Part shown: piece after piece, positions 11,529 to 26,375 of the stretch
Layout of the letters: the number at the start of each line of letters is the position of its first letter
Position numbering within the stretch: position 1 is the first letter of the stretch
Source of the DNA: an uncultured Actinomycetota bacterium
GTDB taxonomy: Bacteria > Actinomycetota > Actinomycetes > CAVWCF01
Length of the DNA: 64,000 bases
Direction of reading: 5' to 3'
NCBI GenBank assembly: GCA_963753435.1
Contig: CAVWCF010000001.1
Coordinates: 672,001-736,000, forward strand
The notes under the pieces: model-generated
The model's input: only the letters and a program-made list of their open reading frames with translations
The model's database searches: none
What the model was told of the DNA's origin: nothing
Position numbers and translations under genes: made by a program

Positions 11529-13031
11529 CTATTCGGTGACGCCAAGACGCTCGAGCAGGAGTTCACGGACCCGGGCGGCATCCGCCTGACCGCGTGTCGT
11601 CTTCATCACGGCACCCACGAGCACGCCAGCGGCTTGCACCTTGCCGCCAGCCACCTTCTCGGCAACATCGGGGTGGGCCGCGATCGCTTCGTCCAAGGCA
11701 GCGACCAGAGCCGAGTCGTCCGAAACAACCCCTAGTCCACGAGCCTCAACCACGACCTCAGGGCCGCCCTCGCCGGCGAGCACGCCCTCGATCACCTGCC
11801 GGGCCAACTTGTCGTTGATCCGCCCGGCGTCAACAAGAGCCACGAGTTGCGCCACATCGCCTGGAGTAATCGCCAGCGCGGCCAGGTCCACTTCGGCCTC
11901 GTTGGCCAGGCGAGCCAACTCCCCCAGCCACCACTTCCGGGCAGCGGCGGGCGCGGCCCCGGCCTCTACGGTCGCCTCGATCAACTCGATGGCACCGGCG
12001 TTAGCAGCCGACGCCAAGTCCTCGTCGGAGAAGCCCCAGGCCTGCTGCAGCCGGCGGCGCCGTTGCAGCGGCGGCTCCGGCAGCGTCGCCCGCAGCGCCT
12101 CCACCCACTCCGGGTCCGGCGCGATCGGCGTCAGGTCCGGCTCGGGGAAGTAGCGGTAGTCCTCCGCCTCCTCCTTGGTCCGTCCCGACGTCGTCGAACC
12201 GTCGGTCTCGTGGAAGTGGCGTGTCTCCTGGATGATCGTGCCGCCGTCGCTGAGAACCGCCGCCTGTCGACAGATCTCGTAGGTGACGGCCCGCTCGACG
12301 CTGCGCAGGGAGTTCACGTTCTTGGTCTCGGTGCGGGTTCCGAACTCCCGCGCCCCCGTCGGCTTCAGCGACAGGTTCGCATCGCAACGCAGCGACCCTT
12401 GGTGCATATGGGCGTCGGATACGTCCAACGCCACGATGAGGTCGCGCAACTCCGTCACGTAGGCGCGGGCCACCTCCGGGGCGATCTCGCCGGGCACCTC
12501 GATCGGCTTGGTGACGATCTCAATCAGCGGCACACCCGCACGGTTGAAGTCCACCAACGAGTAGTCCGCACCGTGGATACGACCGGTGGCCCCGCCCACG
12601 TGGGTGTTCTTGCCGGTGTCCTCTTCCATGTGGGCGCGCTCGATACCGATCCGGAACACCTGGCCGGCCGCCTCGACGTCCAGGTAACCGTCAAACGCGA
12701 TCGGCTCGTCGTACTGCGACGTCTGGAAGTTCTTCGGCATGTCCGGGTAGAAGTAGTTCTTGCGCGCGAACCTTGACCACGGCGCAATCGAGCAGTTCAG
12801 CGCCAGGCCGATACGCACCGCGGCCTCCACTGCGGCCTCGTTCACGACCGGCAGGGCGCCGGGCAACCCCAGACACGTCGGGCATACCTGGCTGTTCGGC
12901 TCGGCACCGAAGACCGTGGAGCAGCCGCAGAACATCTTCGACGCCGTGGACAACTCGACGTGGACCTCCAGGCCCATCACCGGGTCGTACTTGGCGATCG
13001 CATCCTCAAAGCGCATCAGCGAAGCAGTCAC
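11529..13031 (-). CDS. gatB: Asp/Glu-tRNA amidotransferase subunit B
   Basis: [16 protein letters not shown] and [10 protein letters not shown] motifs; GTGA overlap with gatA. Confidence 0.98.
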   Translation of the reverse strand: MTASLMRFEDAIAKYDPVMGLEVHVELSTASKMFCGCSTVFGAEPNSQVCPTCLGLPGALPVVNEAAVEAAVRIGLALNCSIAPWSRFARKNYFYPDMPKNFQTSQYDEPIAFDGYLDVEAAGQVFRIGIERAHMEEDTGKNTHVGGATGRIHGADYSLVDFNRAGVPLIEIVTKPIEVPGEIAPEVARAYVTELRDLIVALDVSDAHMHQGSLRCDANLSLKPTGAREFGTRTETKNVNSLRSVERAVTYEICRQAAVLSDGGTIIQETRHFHETDGSTTSGRTKEEAEDYRYFPEPDLTPIAPDPEWVEALRATLPEPPLQRRRRLQQAWGFSDEDLASAANAGAIELIEATVEAGAAPAAARKWWLGELARLANEAEVDLAALAITPGDVAQLVALVDAGRINDKLARQVIEGVLAGEGGPEVVVEARGLGVVSDDSALVAALDEAIAAHPDVAEKVAGGKVQAAGVLVGAVMKTTRGQADAARVRELLLERLGVTE

Positions 13032-14518
13032 AGCGCCGGCGCCTCCTCGATCAGGTGGTGACCCCATCGGTCCACCAACGCACGCTCCAAGGCCGCCGCC
13101 ACCTGGTAGGCGCGGTCATCGGCCATCACCGGAGCCATCACCTGCACTCCGACCGGGAGTCCGTGCGCCCCCAGCCCCGCGGGCACGGAGACAGCCGGAC
13201 CCCCGTACAGCGAACTTGGCAGCGTGCACAGGTCCGCGGCGTACATCGCCAGCGGGTCATCCGCCCGCTCGCCGATCTCGAAAGCAACCGTCGGAGTAGT
13301 GGGGCTGAGGAGCACGTCCACGTTCGCGAAAGCGGCCTCGAAGTCCCGGCTGATGAGAGTGCGGACCTTCTGCGCCTGGCCGTAGTAGGCGTCGTAGTAA
13401 CCCGCGCTCAGGGCGTAGGCGCCGAGCATGATCCGACGCTTGACCTCGGCTCCGAAGCCGCTCTCCCGAGTGGCCGCCATGACGTGTTCCACACCGGCGT
13501 CACCGTCGTCGACACGCAACCCGTATCGCATGGCGTCGAACCGGGCCAGGTTCGACGACGCCTCGCTTGGTGCGATGAGGTAGTAGGCGGGCAGCGCGTA
13601 GGTGAAGTGCGGGCAGGAGACCTCGGTCACGGTCGCACCGGCTTCGGTCAGCAACGCCACCGCCTCGTTGAAGCGCTGCAGCACCTCCGGTTCGTAGCCG
13701 TCGCCGGAAAGCTCGGTCACCACACCGATCCGCATTCCCGAAACGTCGCCGCGACGGGCCGCCTCGACCACCGGGGGCACCGAAGCCTGGATGGAGGTGG
13801 CGTCGAGTGGGTCGTGCCCGGCCATGACCTCGTGCAGCAACGCCGCATCAAGGACAGTGCGGGCGAACGGGCCGGCCTGGTCCAGCGACGAGGAGAACGC
13901 GATGAGGCCGTAGCGCGAAACCCCACCGTACGTCGGCTTTGCGCCGACGATCCCGGTCACGGCGGCCGGCTGCCGGATGGACCCACCCGTGTCGGTGCCG
14001 ATGCCCAGCGGTGCCTCATACGCCGCCACCGCAGCCGAGGACCCACCCGATGAACCGCCGGGGATTCGCGAGGTGTCCCACGGGTTGTGGGTGGGGTGAA
14101 ACGCGGAGTTCTCCGTGGACGAGCCCATTGCGAACTCGTCCATGTTGGTCTTGCCCAGGACGACGACGCCGGCGTCCTTGAGTTTGCGCGTGACGGTTGC
14201 GTCGTATGGCGGGACCCAGCCATCGAGGATCTTCGAGCCGGCCGTAGTCGGCACGCCCTCGGTGACCAAGACGTCCTTCAGCGCGAGCGGGACGCCGGCC
14301 AGCGGGCCCAGGGGTTGGCCGGCAGCGCGCTGCTCGTCCACCTTGGCTGCGGCGGCCAACGCACCGTCGGCGTCGACATGTAGGAACGCCCTAATGCTCG
14401 GGTCCACCGCGCCGATTCGGTCCAGATGCGCCTGGGCCACCTCCACGGCGGAGGTGGTGCCGTCGGCCACCCATTCGGCGAGTTGGGCCGCAGTTGCCCT
14501 GGTGAGTTCGGCGGACAT
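13028..14518 (-). CDS. gatA: Asp/Glu-tRNA amidotransferase subunit A
   Basis: Amidase signature [35 protein letters not shown]. Confidence 0.98.
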   Translation of the reverse strand: MSAELTRATAAQLAEWVADGTTSAVEVAQAHLDRIGAVDPSIRAFLHVDADGALAAAAKVDEQRAAGQPLGPLAGVPLALKDVLVTEGVPTTAGSKILDGWVPPYDATVTRKLKDAGVVVLGKTNMDEFAMGSSTENSAFHPTHNPWDTSRIPGGSSGGSSAAVAAYEAPLGIGTDTGGSIRQPAAVTGIVGAKPTYGGVSRYGLIAFSSSLDQAGPFARTVLDAALLHEVMAGHDPLDATSIQASVPPVVEAARRGDVSGMRIGVVTELSGDGYEPEVLQRFNEAVALLTEAGATVTEVSCPHFTYALPAYYLIAPSEASSNLARFDAMRYGLRVDDGDAGVEHVMAATRESGFGAEVKRRIMLGAYALSAGYYDAYYGQAQKVRTLISRDFEAAFANVDVLLSPTTPTVAFEIGERADDPLAMYAADLCTLPSSLYGGPAVSVPAGLGAHGLPVGVQVMAPVMADDRAYQVAAALERALVDRWGHHLIEEAPAL

Positions 14519-14814
14519 CAGTCCTCCTCCAGGATTCGCGGCACCCGGAACCGGCCATCCTCGGTCGCCGGCGCTGCCGCCAACGCCTGTGCGGCGGTGA
14601 GGCCGGGCCGCACTGCGTCCGGCCTGCTGACGTTCGTGGACGGCACCGCGTGGGTGGTCGGCGGGATGTCGTCGGCGGCCACCTCAGCCACTCGGGCGAC
14701 CGCGGACAGGATGAGGCCCAGCTGGCCGCCGAGGTGGTCCATCTCTTCCTCATTCAGGGCCAGGCGGGACAGTCGCGCAAGGTGCGCGACTTCTGCACGC
14801 GACAGCGATGACAT
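14518..14814 (-). CDS. gatC: Asp/Glu-tRNA amidotransferase subunit C
   Basis: [11 protein letters not shown]...F.VPRIL; overlaps the gatA start. Confidence 0.96.
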   Translation of the reverse strand: MSSLSRAEVAHLARLSRLALNEEEMDHLGGQLGLILSAVARVAEVAADDIPPTTHAVPSTNVSRPDAVRPGLTAAQALAAAPATEDGRFRVPRILEED

Positions 14815-14853
14815 GGCCTGGGCTCCGATTCGGGCAGCGGGAGGAAGCGCCGC

Positions 14854-18101
<3,248 letters not shown>

Positions 18102-18135
18102 GCGCGCAGGCTAGGGCCGCTGCCACGATGGGCGC

Positions 18136-18822
18136 GTGGACGACGTCGTAACGGTGCCGGTGTGGGTCGATGCCATGGCGGTGACCGTCGGTGCCATCGC
18201 CGGTGCGCTGCACGCGGAGAAGAAGCGCCTGGACATCGTGGGGATCCTGCTGCTGGCGGTGACCCTCGGTATGGGTGGCGGCATCATCCGCGACCTGCTC
18301 CTGGCCCAGGGCACTCCCGTCTTCTTGACCACTCCGCTGTATCTGACGCTGGCGCTGGTCGTCGGCCTCGTCGCGTTCTTCTTCGCGGCGACGCTGTCTC
18401 GGGCGAACCCGTTGCTCATCATCTTCGACGTCTTCGGTGTCGGGTTGTTCGCGATGATCGGTGCCAACAAGGCGCTGCTGGTCGGCCTCGACGTGCTGCC
18501 GGCCATCTTCGTCGGCGCCGCGGCCGGGGTCGGCGGCGGCGTGATGCGGGACGTCCTTTGCGGCGACGTACCGGTGATCATGCTGCCCGGACGGCTGAAC
18601 GCCGTGGCGACCGTCCTCGGGGTGGGCGTCTTCGTTGCGCTCGCGGAATACACCGACCTGACCGCGGAAGCTGCCGCCGTCATTGGCGTCGCCTTCGTCG
18701 CCGCACTCAGATTCCTGTCGGCCGGCCTGGGCTGGGAATCGCCGCAGCCGATGGGGCTCGATCGACGGGTCAGGCGGTGGTGGCGACGGCGGCAGTCTCC
18801 AGCACCCGGGCCGACCCGATAA
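18136..18822 (+). CDS. TRIC / YadS (UPF0126) family membrane protein
   Basis: Duplicated GGG-xx-RD motif ([18 protein letters not shown]), about 7 TM segments. Confidence 0.88.
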   Translation: MDDVVTVPVWVDAMAVTVGAIAGALHAEKKRLDIVGILLLAVTLGMGGGIIRDLLLAQGTPVFLTTPLYLTLALVVGLVAFFFAATLSRANPLLIIFDVFGVGLFAMIGANKALLVGLDVLPAIFVGAAAGVGGGVMRDVLCGDVPVIMLPGRLNAVATVLGVGVFVALAEYTDLTAEAAAVIGVAFVAALRFLSAGLGWESPQPMGLDRRVRRWWRRRQSPAPGPTR

Positions 18823-19855
18823 CCCGGTCCCCGTCGTAGAACGCGACCAGTTGACCGGGTGCCACGCCGTACTCGGGCTCCAGCAGCCGAACCTCGACGC
18901 GGCTGTCGGCGCGCTCCAGGATCGCCGGGATGCGGCGTCCATGCGCACGCACCTGAGCTGCACAGCGCTGCGGCGGCTGCGGCGCCGCGAACCATCGGGT
19001 CTGCTCACCAAGAACCCGATCGACAGCCAACTCCGCGCGCGACCCCACCACGACCCGGCCCTGGGCGGGCTCGATGTCGAGCACGTAGCGGGGTTGCCCG
19101 TCGGGAGCGGGCCGACCCAGCCGCAGCCCCCGCCGCTGCCCCACGGTGAACGCCCACGTGCCGTCATGGGTGCCGACCTCGTTGCCCCTTGCGTCCTCGA
19201 TTACCCCCGGCCGCAGCGGCAGTCGGTCGCCCAGGAAGGCGGCGGTGTCGCCATCCGGGATGAAGCAGATGTCGTGCGAGTCCGGCTTGGACGCGACCAG
19301 CAACCCGCGCTCGGCGGCTTCCGCCCGGATCCGATCCTTGGTCGAGTCGCCCAGCGGGAACATCGCACTCTGCAACTGCTCCTGCGTCAGCCCCGCCAGG
19401 ACGTAGGACTGATCCTTGGTCTCGTCAACCGCGCGATGCAGCGCGACGCCGGTGCTCGTCTCGACAAGGCGCGCGTAGTGGCCGGTCGCGATTCGGTCGA
19501 AGCCCAACGCCAGCGCACGCTCGGCGACCGCAGCGAACTTGATCCGCTCATTGCAGCGCAGACACGGGTTAGGCGTGCGCCCGGCCTGGTACTCAGCAAC
19601 GAATTCGTCGATCACGTCGACGGCGAAACGCTCCGCGACGTCCCACACGTAGAAGGGGACGCCGAGTATGTCGGCGACGCGACGGGCATCGTTGGCGTCC
19701 TCCAGGGAGCAGCAGCCGCGGGCCCCCTCGCGATGGGTCCGCGGCTTGGCGGACAACGCCAGGTGCACCGCGGTGACATCGTGGCCGGCGTCGACCAATC
19801 TGGCGGTGGCTACTGCCGAGTCCACTCCGCCGCTCACCGCGGCCAGAACCCTCAT
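18770..19855 (-). CDS. mnmA: tRNA 2-thiouridine(34) synthase
   Basis: [33 protein letters not shown] and FTVGQRRGL motifs. Confidence 0.97.
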   Translation of the reverse strand: MRVLAAVSGGVDSAVATARLVDAGHDVTAVHLALSAKPRTHREGARGCCSLEDANDARRVADILGVPFYVWDVAERFAVDVIDEFVAEYQAGRTPNPCLRCNERIKFAAVAERALALGFDRIATGHYARLVETSTGVALHRAVDETKDQSYVLAGLTQEQLQSAMFPLGDSTKDRIRAEAAERGLLVASKPDSHDICFIPDGDTAAFLGDRLPLRPGVIEDARGNEVGTHDGTWAFTVGQRRGLRLGRPAPDGQPRYVLDIEPAQGRVVVGSRAELAVDRVLGEQTRWFAAPQPPQRCAAQVRAHGRRIPAILERADSRVEVRLLEPEYGVAPGQLVAFYDGDRVIGSARVLETAAVATTA

Positions 19856-21039
19856 GCCGACGTGGCGCGGCGCAGCCGAGGCGCGACCCGCGCGCGCTCG
19901 ACTGCCGCCGGCAAAGCGGCGAGGAGGGCATCGACGTCGGCGGCTGACGACGTGTGCCCCAGCGTGAACCGAAGCGAGGACCGAGCGCCCGCCTCATCCA
20001 TACCCATGGCGATGAGCACGTGGCTGGGTTGGGCCAACCCCGCCGAGCACGCCGAGCCGGTGCTGCACTCCACACCGCGTGCATCCAGCAGCAGGAGCAA
20101 CGCGTCGCCCTCGCAGCCAGGGAAGGAGAAGTGTGCGTTTCCCGGCAAGCGGCCCGCCGGGTCGGGATCACCGTTGTAGTGCACGTCAGGTACGGCTTCG
20201 GTGACCCGCCGAACGAGGTCCGCACGCATGCCGGCCAGCCGGGCGGACTCGGATTCCTGCTCGGCCGCAGCGGCAACCATCGCGGCAGCGAAGCCGGCAA
20301 TCCCCGCAACGTTGAGTGTGCCCGACCGGACGCCGCGCTCCTGGCCGCCGCCATGCAGTTGGGCGAGCAGGTCAGCCTTGCGGTCCAGCACCAAGGCACC
20401 CACCCCAAGCGGCCCGCCGAGCTTGTGCGCGGTGACCGCCATGGACGTCAAGCCGGACTTGCCGAAATCGACGGGGACACTGCCCACGGCCTGAACCGCG
20501 TCGCTGTGCATGGGGATGCCGTGCTCGGCCGCCAGTCCGGCCACTTCCGGCACGGGTTGGGTGGTGCCGACCTCGTTGTTGGCCCACATCACGGTCACGA
20601 AGGAGACGGAATCCGGGTCTGCGGTCAGTTCGGCAGCAGCCACATCGACGCGCACGCGGCCCAGGCCGTCCACCGGCAGCCAGACGATGTCGGCTTGGCC
20701 GGACTCCTCCAACCAGACGAGCGGGTCCATCACTGCGTGGTGCTCCACGGAACTGGCAAGGATGCGGCGCCGACTCTGATCGGCAGCCCGGCGAGAACCA
20801 TGCAAGCCCTTGACCGCGAGGTTGTCCGCCTCCGTGCCGCCGCTGGTGAAGATGAGGTCACCGGGGCGGCAGCCGAGCACTTGCGCCATCGCTTCTCGGG
20901 ATTCCTCCACAACGCGCCGCGCCCGGCGGCCCGAGGCATGCAGGGATGACGCGTTGCCAGTGTCCATCGCGGCCTTGGCCATCGCCTCAGCGGCTTCCGG
21001 GCGCAACGGCGTGGTTGCCGCGTGGTCGAGGTAGGCCAT
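19852..21039 (-). CDS. iscS: cysteine desulfurase (IscS/NifS family)
   Basis: [26 protein letters not shown] and STGSAC motifs. Confidence 0.93.
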   Translation of the reverse strand: MAYLDHAATTPLRPEAAEAMAKAAMDTGNASSLHASGRRARRVVEESREAMAQVLGCRPGDLIFTSGGTEADNLAVKGLHGSRRAADQSRRRILASSVEHHAVMDPLVWLEESGQADIVWLPVDGLGRVRVDVAAAELTADPDSVSFVTVMWANNEVGTTQPVPEVAGLAAEHGIPMHSDAVQAVGSVPVDFGKSGLTSMAVTAHKLGGPLGVGALVLDRKADLLAQLHGGGQERGVRSGTLNVAGIAGFAAAMVAAAAEQESESARLAGMRADLVRRVTEAVPDVHYNGDPDPAGRLPGNAHFSFPGCEGDALLLLLDARGVECSTGSACSAGLAQPSHVLIAMGMDEAGARSSLRFTLGHTSSAADVDALLAALPAAVERARVAPRLRRATSA

Positions 21040-21063
21040 GGTGAGCAGAAGTCTAGGCGTGGC

Positions 21064-22185
21064 TCAGCGCAGTTGCCCGTGCGCGGATTCCATTGCAGCC
21101 AATAAAAGGAGCGCGGGCTGTCCGGCTCCGGCGCGCGAGAAGTGGATGCCATCGGATTGCCGGGCCACGACCGTCTTTCCAGCCCGGGTCCAGGTAGCGG
21201 AGTACTTGCCGTTCACGGCAGTTCCGTTGAAGAGGTCCACATGACCGACCCCGGGTTCCACGGCGGCCGCGGTGACCACGGCCGAGTTGATTCGCGCGAA
21301 GATGCGATTCCACTTGGTTTCAGCGGCCGTCGGCGGACCGGACCAGTAGACGGTCGCCCCAGCGGAGGTGAACTGCCGCATCACCGCAACCGCACGTCGG
21401 GCGTACTCCTGCTCCCAAGCGTCGGAGTTGGGGCCCGAGGGCGAGGCACCGGGCGCCCCCATGTTCCAGCCGTCGTTGCCGCCGATGAGCATGATGACCA
21501 CCTCGGGCTTGTTCTCCACCATGAGCTCGGCGGCCTTGGCTTCCCAATTCAAGAACTTGGGGTTGGACAAGCCACTCCCGTTGAACCAGACCTGCGTCAC
21601 ATCCACCAGACCGGCGTCCGCCGTCAGACTCTTGAGGGAATCCCCGACGAACGTCGACAACGAGTCGCCGGTAACGAGTACCCGAAGCGGGGCGGCCGGC
21701 GTAGGGACTCGACCGGCAGGTGGGTCCGTTGTTACCGCCGGTGCTTCGGCCGCCTCGTCGTTGACCGACGGCGCAGCGGCAGAACCCGGCGGAGCCGGTG
21801 CTGCCGCCTTGGGCGGGTCGGGGGTCAACCGTTCCAGCGCAGTTACCTCGGGCAGGGTCACGGATTGGCCGATTACGTCGCCAACCTGCGTTTCCCTTCC
21901 GAACGCCCGATCCAGAGCCGCACGTGAATCGGAGAGACCGACCGTGTCGGCAACAGCGTCGAATGCGGTCGCCACCGCCGTCGCCACGGTCTTGCCCGGC
22001 CCAGACGGCATCCCTTCGGCCGTGCGAACCATGGCGTCCGACGAAAGCAGCCCGGCCACCGTCAGGGCCGTCAGGACTACGACGATTACGTGGGCCACCG
22101 GCCAGGGAGTGCGGCCCGGATCAGCCGCTGGATGGGCCTCGACGACGTCCTCCGACTGCGCGAGCAGGGTGGACGACTGCGACAC
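21064..22185 (-). CDS. membrane-anchored SGNH/GDSL hydrolase-fold protein (DUF459-like), putative O-acetyltransferase
   Basis: TGDSL, GGNDG and DGIH blocks; N-terminal TM helix; start uncertain. Confidence 0.8.
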   Translation of the reverse strand: MSQSSTLLAQSEDVVEAHPAADPGRTPWPVAHVIVVVLTALTVAGLLSSDAMVRTAEGMPSGPGKTVATAVATAFDAVADTVGLSDSRAALDRAFGRETQVGDVIGQSVTLPEVTALERLTPDPPKAAAPAPPGSAAAPSVNDEAAEAPAVTTDPPAGRVPTPAAPLRVLVTGDSLSTFVGDSLKSLTADAGLVDVTQVWFNGSGLSNPKFLNWEAKAAELMVENKPEVVIMLIGGNDGWNMGAPGASPSGPNSDAWEQEYARRAVAVMRQFTSAGATVYWSGPPTAAETKWNRIFARINSAVVTAAAVEPGVGHVDLFNGTAVNGKYSATWTRAGKTVVARQSDGIHFSRAGAGQPALLLLAAMESAHGQLR

Positions 22186-22219
22186 CGGCGGATCCCTTCT
22201 GAGGCAAGAATCGTAAGCC

Positions 22220-23689
22220 CTAGAACTGGAAGTAGAGGAATGGAGCAGCGCCCTCGGTTCCAGTGGCAACGCTGATCACGACCAGGAACAACCCGGCCAC
22301 CAGCCCCTGTAGCAGCAGCGGCAACCGCCCGTAGGCGGCTTCGATCCCGGCGAAGGTGCGGCGGGGCACAACGTGGGTCGCCGCGCCGGCCAGCAGCGCC
22401 AGTGCCACCGCCGCCGACAGCACAGTCACGGCGCCGGGATCGGCCAGTCGACTCAGCAACTCCACGGCGGTGGCGAACGAGTCGGCCCGGAAGAACACCC
22501 AGGCCAGGCAGACCAGGTTGAACGTCACCAGCAGCGCCAGCGGTCGCGGCAGCGGTCCGAGGACAGTGAGCGGACGAGCGGCTACCGGCACATCGGCGAC
22601 AGCCGATCCGGGGACCGGTGCCGTACTACGACTTCGCCGCGCCGCCCAGGACCGCTCTGCGACCAGATAGGCGCCATGCAAGCCACCCCAAACGACGAAG
22701 GTCCAGGCCGCGCCGTGCCAAAGGCCGCCCAGCAGCATGGTCAGCATCAGGTTGAACGCCGTCCGCCGACGCCCACCGCGGTTGCCGCCCAGCGGGATGT
22801 AGAGGTAGTCCCGCAGCCAGCGCGACAAGGTCATGTGCCAACGGCGCCAGAAGTCCTGAACCGACCAGGCCCGATACGGGTGGTCGAAGTTCTGGGGGAA
22901 TCGGAACCCAAGCAGCAGGGCTACCCCGATGGCGATGTCGGTGTACGCGGAGAAGTCGCAGTAGATCTGCAGTGCGTAGGCGTAGACGGCCAGCAGCACA
23001 TCCGGCGCCGAATATGCCGCCGGCACCGCGAAGACCGGATCCACCACCTGCACCGCCAAGGTGTCTGCGATCAGCACCTTCTTGACCAGGCCACCGGCAA
23101 TCAGGAACAGGGCGCCCACGGCGGGGATCCGGCGCGGATCCCGCGGGGTCGCCAGTTGCGGCAGGAATTCCCGGGCCCGGACGATCGGTCCGGCGACCAG
23201 TTGCGGGAAGAACGCCAGGTACACGGCGAAGTCGGCCCAGGACGCCGGGCGCAGCAACCCCCGGTACACGTCGACGACGTAGGACAGCGCCTGGAACGTG
23301 TAGAAGGAGATCCCGACAGGCAACAGGATCTGCAGCAGCGGCAGCGGCGCCTCCAACCCGAAGCGCCCGAGCAGCTCCGCCACCGTCGTAACGAAGAAGT
23401 CGTAGTACTTGAAGAAGCCGAGGATGCCGAGATCGGCGGCGACGACGCTGATCAGCCAGATCCGGGCAGCCCGGGCGTTGGGTGCGCGGGCGATCCCGAC
23501 AGCGGCGACTTGGTTGATGACTGTCATGGCCGCCAGCAGCGCCATGTACCGCCACTCCGCGAAGCCGTAGAAGACGTACGACGAGACGAGAATGAAGGCC
23601 TTCCACGCCCGCGGTACGGGCATCAGCAGCCAGTTCCCGACGAGGACGACGGCGAAGAAGGCCGCGAACTCAATCGTCGGGAAGATCAA
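22220..23689 (-). CDS. MBOAT family O-acyltransferase (AlgI/PatA-like)
   Basis: LPVGISFYTFQ, FFPQLVAGPI, FWRRWHMTLS.WLRDYLYIPLGG, GLWHGA and C-terminal FLYFQF. Confidence 0.95.
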   Translation of the reverse strand: MIFPTIEFAAFFAVVLVGNWLLMPVPRAWKAFILVSSYVFYGFAEWRYMALLAAMTVINQVAAVGIARAPNARAARIWLISVVAADLGILGFFKYYDFFVTTVAELLGRFGLEAPLPLLQILLPVGISFYTFQALSYVVDVYRGLLRPASWADFAVYLAFFPQLVAGPIVRAREFLPQLATPRDPRRIPAVGALFLIAGGLVKKVLIADTLAVQVVDPVFAVPAAYSAPDVLLAVYAYALQIYCDFSAYTDIAIGVALLLGFRFPQNFDHPYRAWSVQDFWRRWHMTLSRWLRDYLYIPLGGNRGGRRRTAFNLMLTMLLGGLWHGAAWTFVVWGGLHGAYLVAERSWAARRSRSTAPVPGSAVADVPVAARPLTVLGPLPRPLALLVTFNLVCLAWVFFRADSFATAVELLSRLADPGAVTVLSAAVALALLAGAATHVVPRRTFAGIEAAYGRLPLLLQGLVAGLFLVVISVATGTEGAAPFLYFQF

Positions 23690-23729
23690 TGCAGGCTCCG
23701 TTCGGTGTGCGGAGGGTAGGCCAACGAGA

Positions 23730-23760
23730 AACGGCCGGGGCGGTTCTCGCCCCGGCCGTT
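23730..23760 (-). terminator. intrinsic terminator hairpin downstream of etfA
   Basis: Perfect 13-bp stem AACGGCCGGGGCG/CGCCCCGGCCGTT with a 5-nt loop and short T-rich flanks. Confidence 0.75.
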
Positions 23761-23776
23761 CTTTCAGTTCGTTGGC

Positions 23777-24730
23777 TCAGCCTTTGCGCTTGCGCACCTC
23801 GTCGGTCAACTGCGGGACCACGTTGAACAAGTCACCGACAACGCCGTAGTCGGCCAGCTCGAAGATCGGCGCCTCTTCGTCCTTGTTGATCGCCACGATG
23901 GTCTTGGACGTCTGCATGCCCGCTCTGTGCTGGATCGCACCGGAGATACCGGCGGCCACATACAGCTGCGGTGAGACGGTCTTGCCGGTCTGGCCAACCT
24001 GGAACTGGTGCGGGTAGTAGCCGGAGTCGGTGGCCGCACGCGACGCACCGACGGCTGCACCCATCGCATCAGCGAGCGACTCGATCAGCGCGAAGTCATC
24101 GGCGCTGCCCACACCGCGACCGCCGGACACGACAATGGCCGCCTCCGTCAGGTCCGGTCGACCACCCCGCTCGGCAACGACACGGTCGGTGACCTTGGCC
24201 GCCGTGTCAGCCGGCGACAGGCTGACCGACACGTCGACGCGCTCAGCCGCACCCGTTGCGGCGACCGGCGACGTCGAGTTGGGGCGAACCGTGATGATCG
24301 GCGTTCCCTTGGTGACGGAGGAGTGCACGATCGTCGAACCGCCGAACACCGACTGCTCCGCAACGCCCTCGGCTGACACCGCCACGGCATCTGTCAGCAC
24401 GCCGGATCCCGTGCGGATCGCGAGGCGACCTGCGGTCTCCTTGCCATCCGGCGTGGACGCAAGCAGCACAGCGGCCGGCTGTGCGTCGGCCACGACCTGC
24501 GCCAGAACCGCGGTCGCCGGTCCGCTGACGTGCGAGGCGTACTCCGCGCCCTCGGCCACGTAGACCTTCTCGGCGCCGAACTCGGCCAGCCGCGGCTGCG
24601 CCGCGTCGAAGCCCGCACCAACGAAGACGGCCGCCGGAGTACCCAGCTGACGCGCCAACGTGAGTAACTCGGTCGTCACCTTCTTAACCGCACCGTCGAC
24701 GTGCTCGACGAGAACCAGTACTTCAGCCAT
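23777..24730 (-). CDS. etfA: electron transfer flavoprotein alpha subunit
   Basis: [15 protein letters not shown] and GISGAIQH motifs. Confidence 0.97.
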   Translation of the reverse strand: MAEVLVLVEHVDGAVKKVTTELLTLARQLGTPAAVFVGAGFDAAQPRLAEFGAEKVYVAEGAEYASHVSGPATAVLAQVVADAQPAAVLLASTPDGKETAGRLAIRTGSGVLTDAVAVSAEGVAEQSVFGGSTIVHSSVTKGTPIITVRPNSTSPVAATGAAERVDVSVSLSPADTAAKVTDRVVAERGGRPDLTEAAIVVSGGRGVGSADDFALIESLADAMGAAVGASRAATDSGYYPHQFQVGQTGKTVSPQLYVAAGISGAIQHRAGMQTSKTIVAINKDEEAPIFELADYGVVGDLFNVVPQLTDEVRKRKG

Positions 24731-24746
24731 CAGATCTCCCTCGCCC

Positions 24747-25526
24747 TCAGAGCAGCTTCTGCTCGGTCAGGTAGTCGGCGATCTTCGTGCCGCCGTCACC
24801 TTCGTCAGCTACGCGCACGCCGGCCGCACGCGGCGGCCGGGCGGCAAAGTCGGAGACAGTGCTCCAGGCAGCGGCCAGCCCGACCTCAGCCGCATCCAGA
24901 CCCAGGTCCGCGACCGCGTAGGTCTCAACCGGCTTCTTCTTCGCGGCCATGATCCCCTTGAACGACGGGTACCGCGGCGGGCTCGTCTTCTCGACGATCG
25001 AGATGACCGCCGGCGTGGTTCCGGTCACGACGTCGTGGCCGGTCTCCGTCTGCCGGTGCACGGTCACGTCTGTGCCGTTGACCTCGACATGGTTGGCGAA
25101 GGTCAACTGCGGCAGGGAAAGCCGCTCGGCGATCATCGCCGGCACTACGGACATGCGGGCGTCGGTGGACTCCGAGCCGAACAGCACGAGGTCGAACTCG
25201 AGCTTGGCCAGGGCTCCCGCAATCAGCGCCGACGTCGCGACGGCATCCGAGCCGTGGATGGCGTCATCGAGAACGTGGACACCCTTGTCGGCGCCCATCG
25301 ACAACGCCTTTCGGATGGCGTCGGCGGCACGATCCGGGCCGACCGACAGCACGGTCACCTCGCCACCGTGCTCCTCCACCAACTTCAGTGCCGTTTCGAC
25401 GGCTTCCTCGTCCACCTCGTTGACGATGACGTCGGCCGCAGCGCGGTCGAGGGTCTTGTCGTCCGGGTTGAGTTTCTTCTCGGCCCAGGTGTCTGGAACC
25501 TGCTTTACGCAAACAACGATGTTCAT
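24747..25526 (-). CDS. etfB: electron transfer flavoprotein beta subunit
   Basis: MNIVVCVKQVPD, ALSMGAD and PRYPSFKGIMAAKKK motifs; RBS AAGGAGG. Confidence 0.97.
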   Translation of the reverse strand: MNIVVCVKQVPDTWAEKKLNPDDKTLDRAAADVIVNEVDEEAVETALKLVEEHGGEVTVLSVGPDRAADAIRKALSMGADKGVHVLDDAIHGSDAVATSALIAGALAKLEFDLVLFGSESTDARMSVVPAMIAERLSLPQLTFANHVEVNGTDVTVHRQTETGHDVVTGTTPAVISIVEKTSPPRYPSFKGIMAAKKKPVETYAVADLGLDAAEVGLAAAWSTVSDFAARPPRAAGVRVADEGDGGTKIADYLTEQKLL

Positions 25527-25643
25527 GCGCGCGGAGTCGACCTCCTTCATGCGCCCGAGCGGCGCGGGGGCAAAAAGCCCGACGTTTTGGATCAGTGTGC
25601 CAGCGGCGAGCAAATCCGCCCGCAGCGGGTGTCAATGCGGAAT

Positions 25644-25659
25644 GTTACTCGCCAGTAGG
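25644..25659 (-). promoter_or_regulatory. palindromic operator (copy 1) overlapping the -10 box TAACAT of etfB
   Basis: Minus strand CCTACTGGCGAGTAAC(AT); matches the copies at 38436 and 49599. Confidence 0.65.
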
Positions 25660-26331
25660 GATAGCCCGCATCTCGCCGGGGCCGGCCTGGTTCGGCCCGC
25701 CGGACAGGTCACGAACCACCCGGGCCGGAACGCCGGCCAGCACCTGGTGCGGACCGTGCATGCCGCGCAGGACTGCGCCCGCGGCCAGCACACTGCCGGG
25801 GCCCAAACTGCTGCCCCGCAGCACGGTCGTCTTCGTCCCGAGCCAGGACCCCGCACCGATGCGAATCGGCGACATGGCCAGGCCCTGGTCCTTGATGGGG
25901 CGGGACGGGTCGGTGGCAATGTGGTCGAAATCCCCGATGTAGACATCGTCGGCAACCAGGGTCGCCGCCCCGATCTCGATGTCCAGGTAGCAATTGATGG
26001 TGTCGCGGCAGCCGAGCACCACCTTGTCATGGATCCGCAGCGTGCCTTCGTGCGCACGCAGGGCGGTTGCGTCGCCCACATGCACCCATCGACCCAGGAT
26101 CAATCGCCCGTAGCCGGGTCGACACTCAAGTTGCACTCCTCGACCGAGGAAGACGAACCCCTCGGTGACGATGTCCGGGCGACGCAAGCGCAGCCAGGCG
26201 TACCGCAGGTACCCGATCAGATGCTGCGGCGTGAACGCCCGCTGCCGCCAAACCCACCGCAACGACGGCCACGTGAGCACACGGCACTGCCGCGGGTCCC
26301 GCGCCGGTAGGCCACGCAATCGACGCCACAC
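25645..26331 (-). CDS. hexapeptide-repeat acyltransferase (Rv3034c-like)
   Basis: Left-handed beta-helix repeats, YIGDFDH, PIKDQG and AGVPARVV; start chosen from the upstream TAGCGT -10 box. Confidence 0.85.
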   Translation of the reverse strand: MWRRLRGLPARDPRQCRVLTWPSLRWVWRQRAFTPQHLIGYLRYAWLRLRRPDIVTEGFVFLGRGVQLECRPGYGRLILGRWVHVGDATALRAHEGTLRIHDKVVLGCRDTINCYLDIEIGAATLVADDVYIGDFDHIATDPSRPIKDQGLAMSPIRIGAGSWLGTKTTVLRGSSLGPGSVLAAGAVLRGMHGPHQVLAGVPARVVRDLSGGPNQAGPGEMRAIPTGE

Positions 26332-26375
26332 GACAATCACGCTATCGCCCGCTCCGTCGGGGCTAGCCTGCGCCA

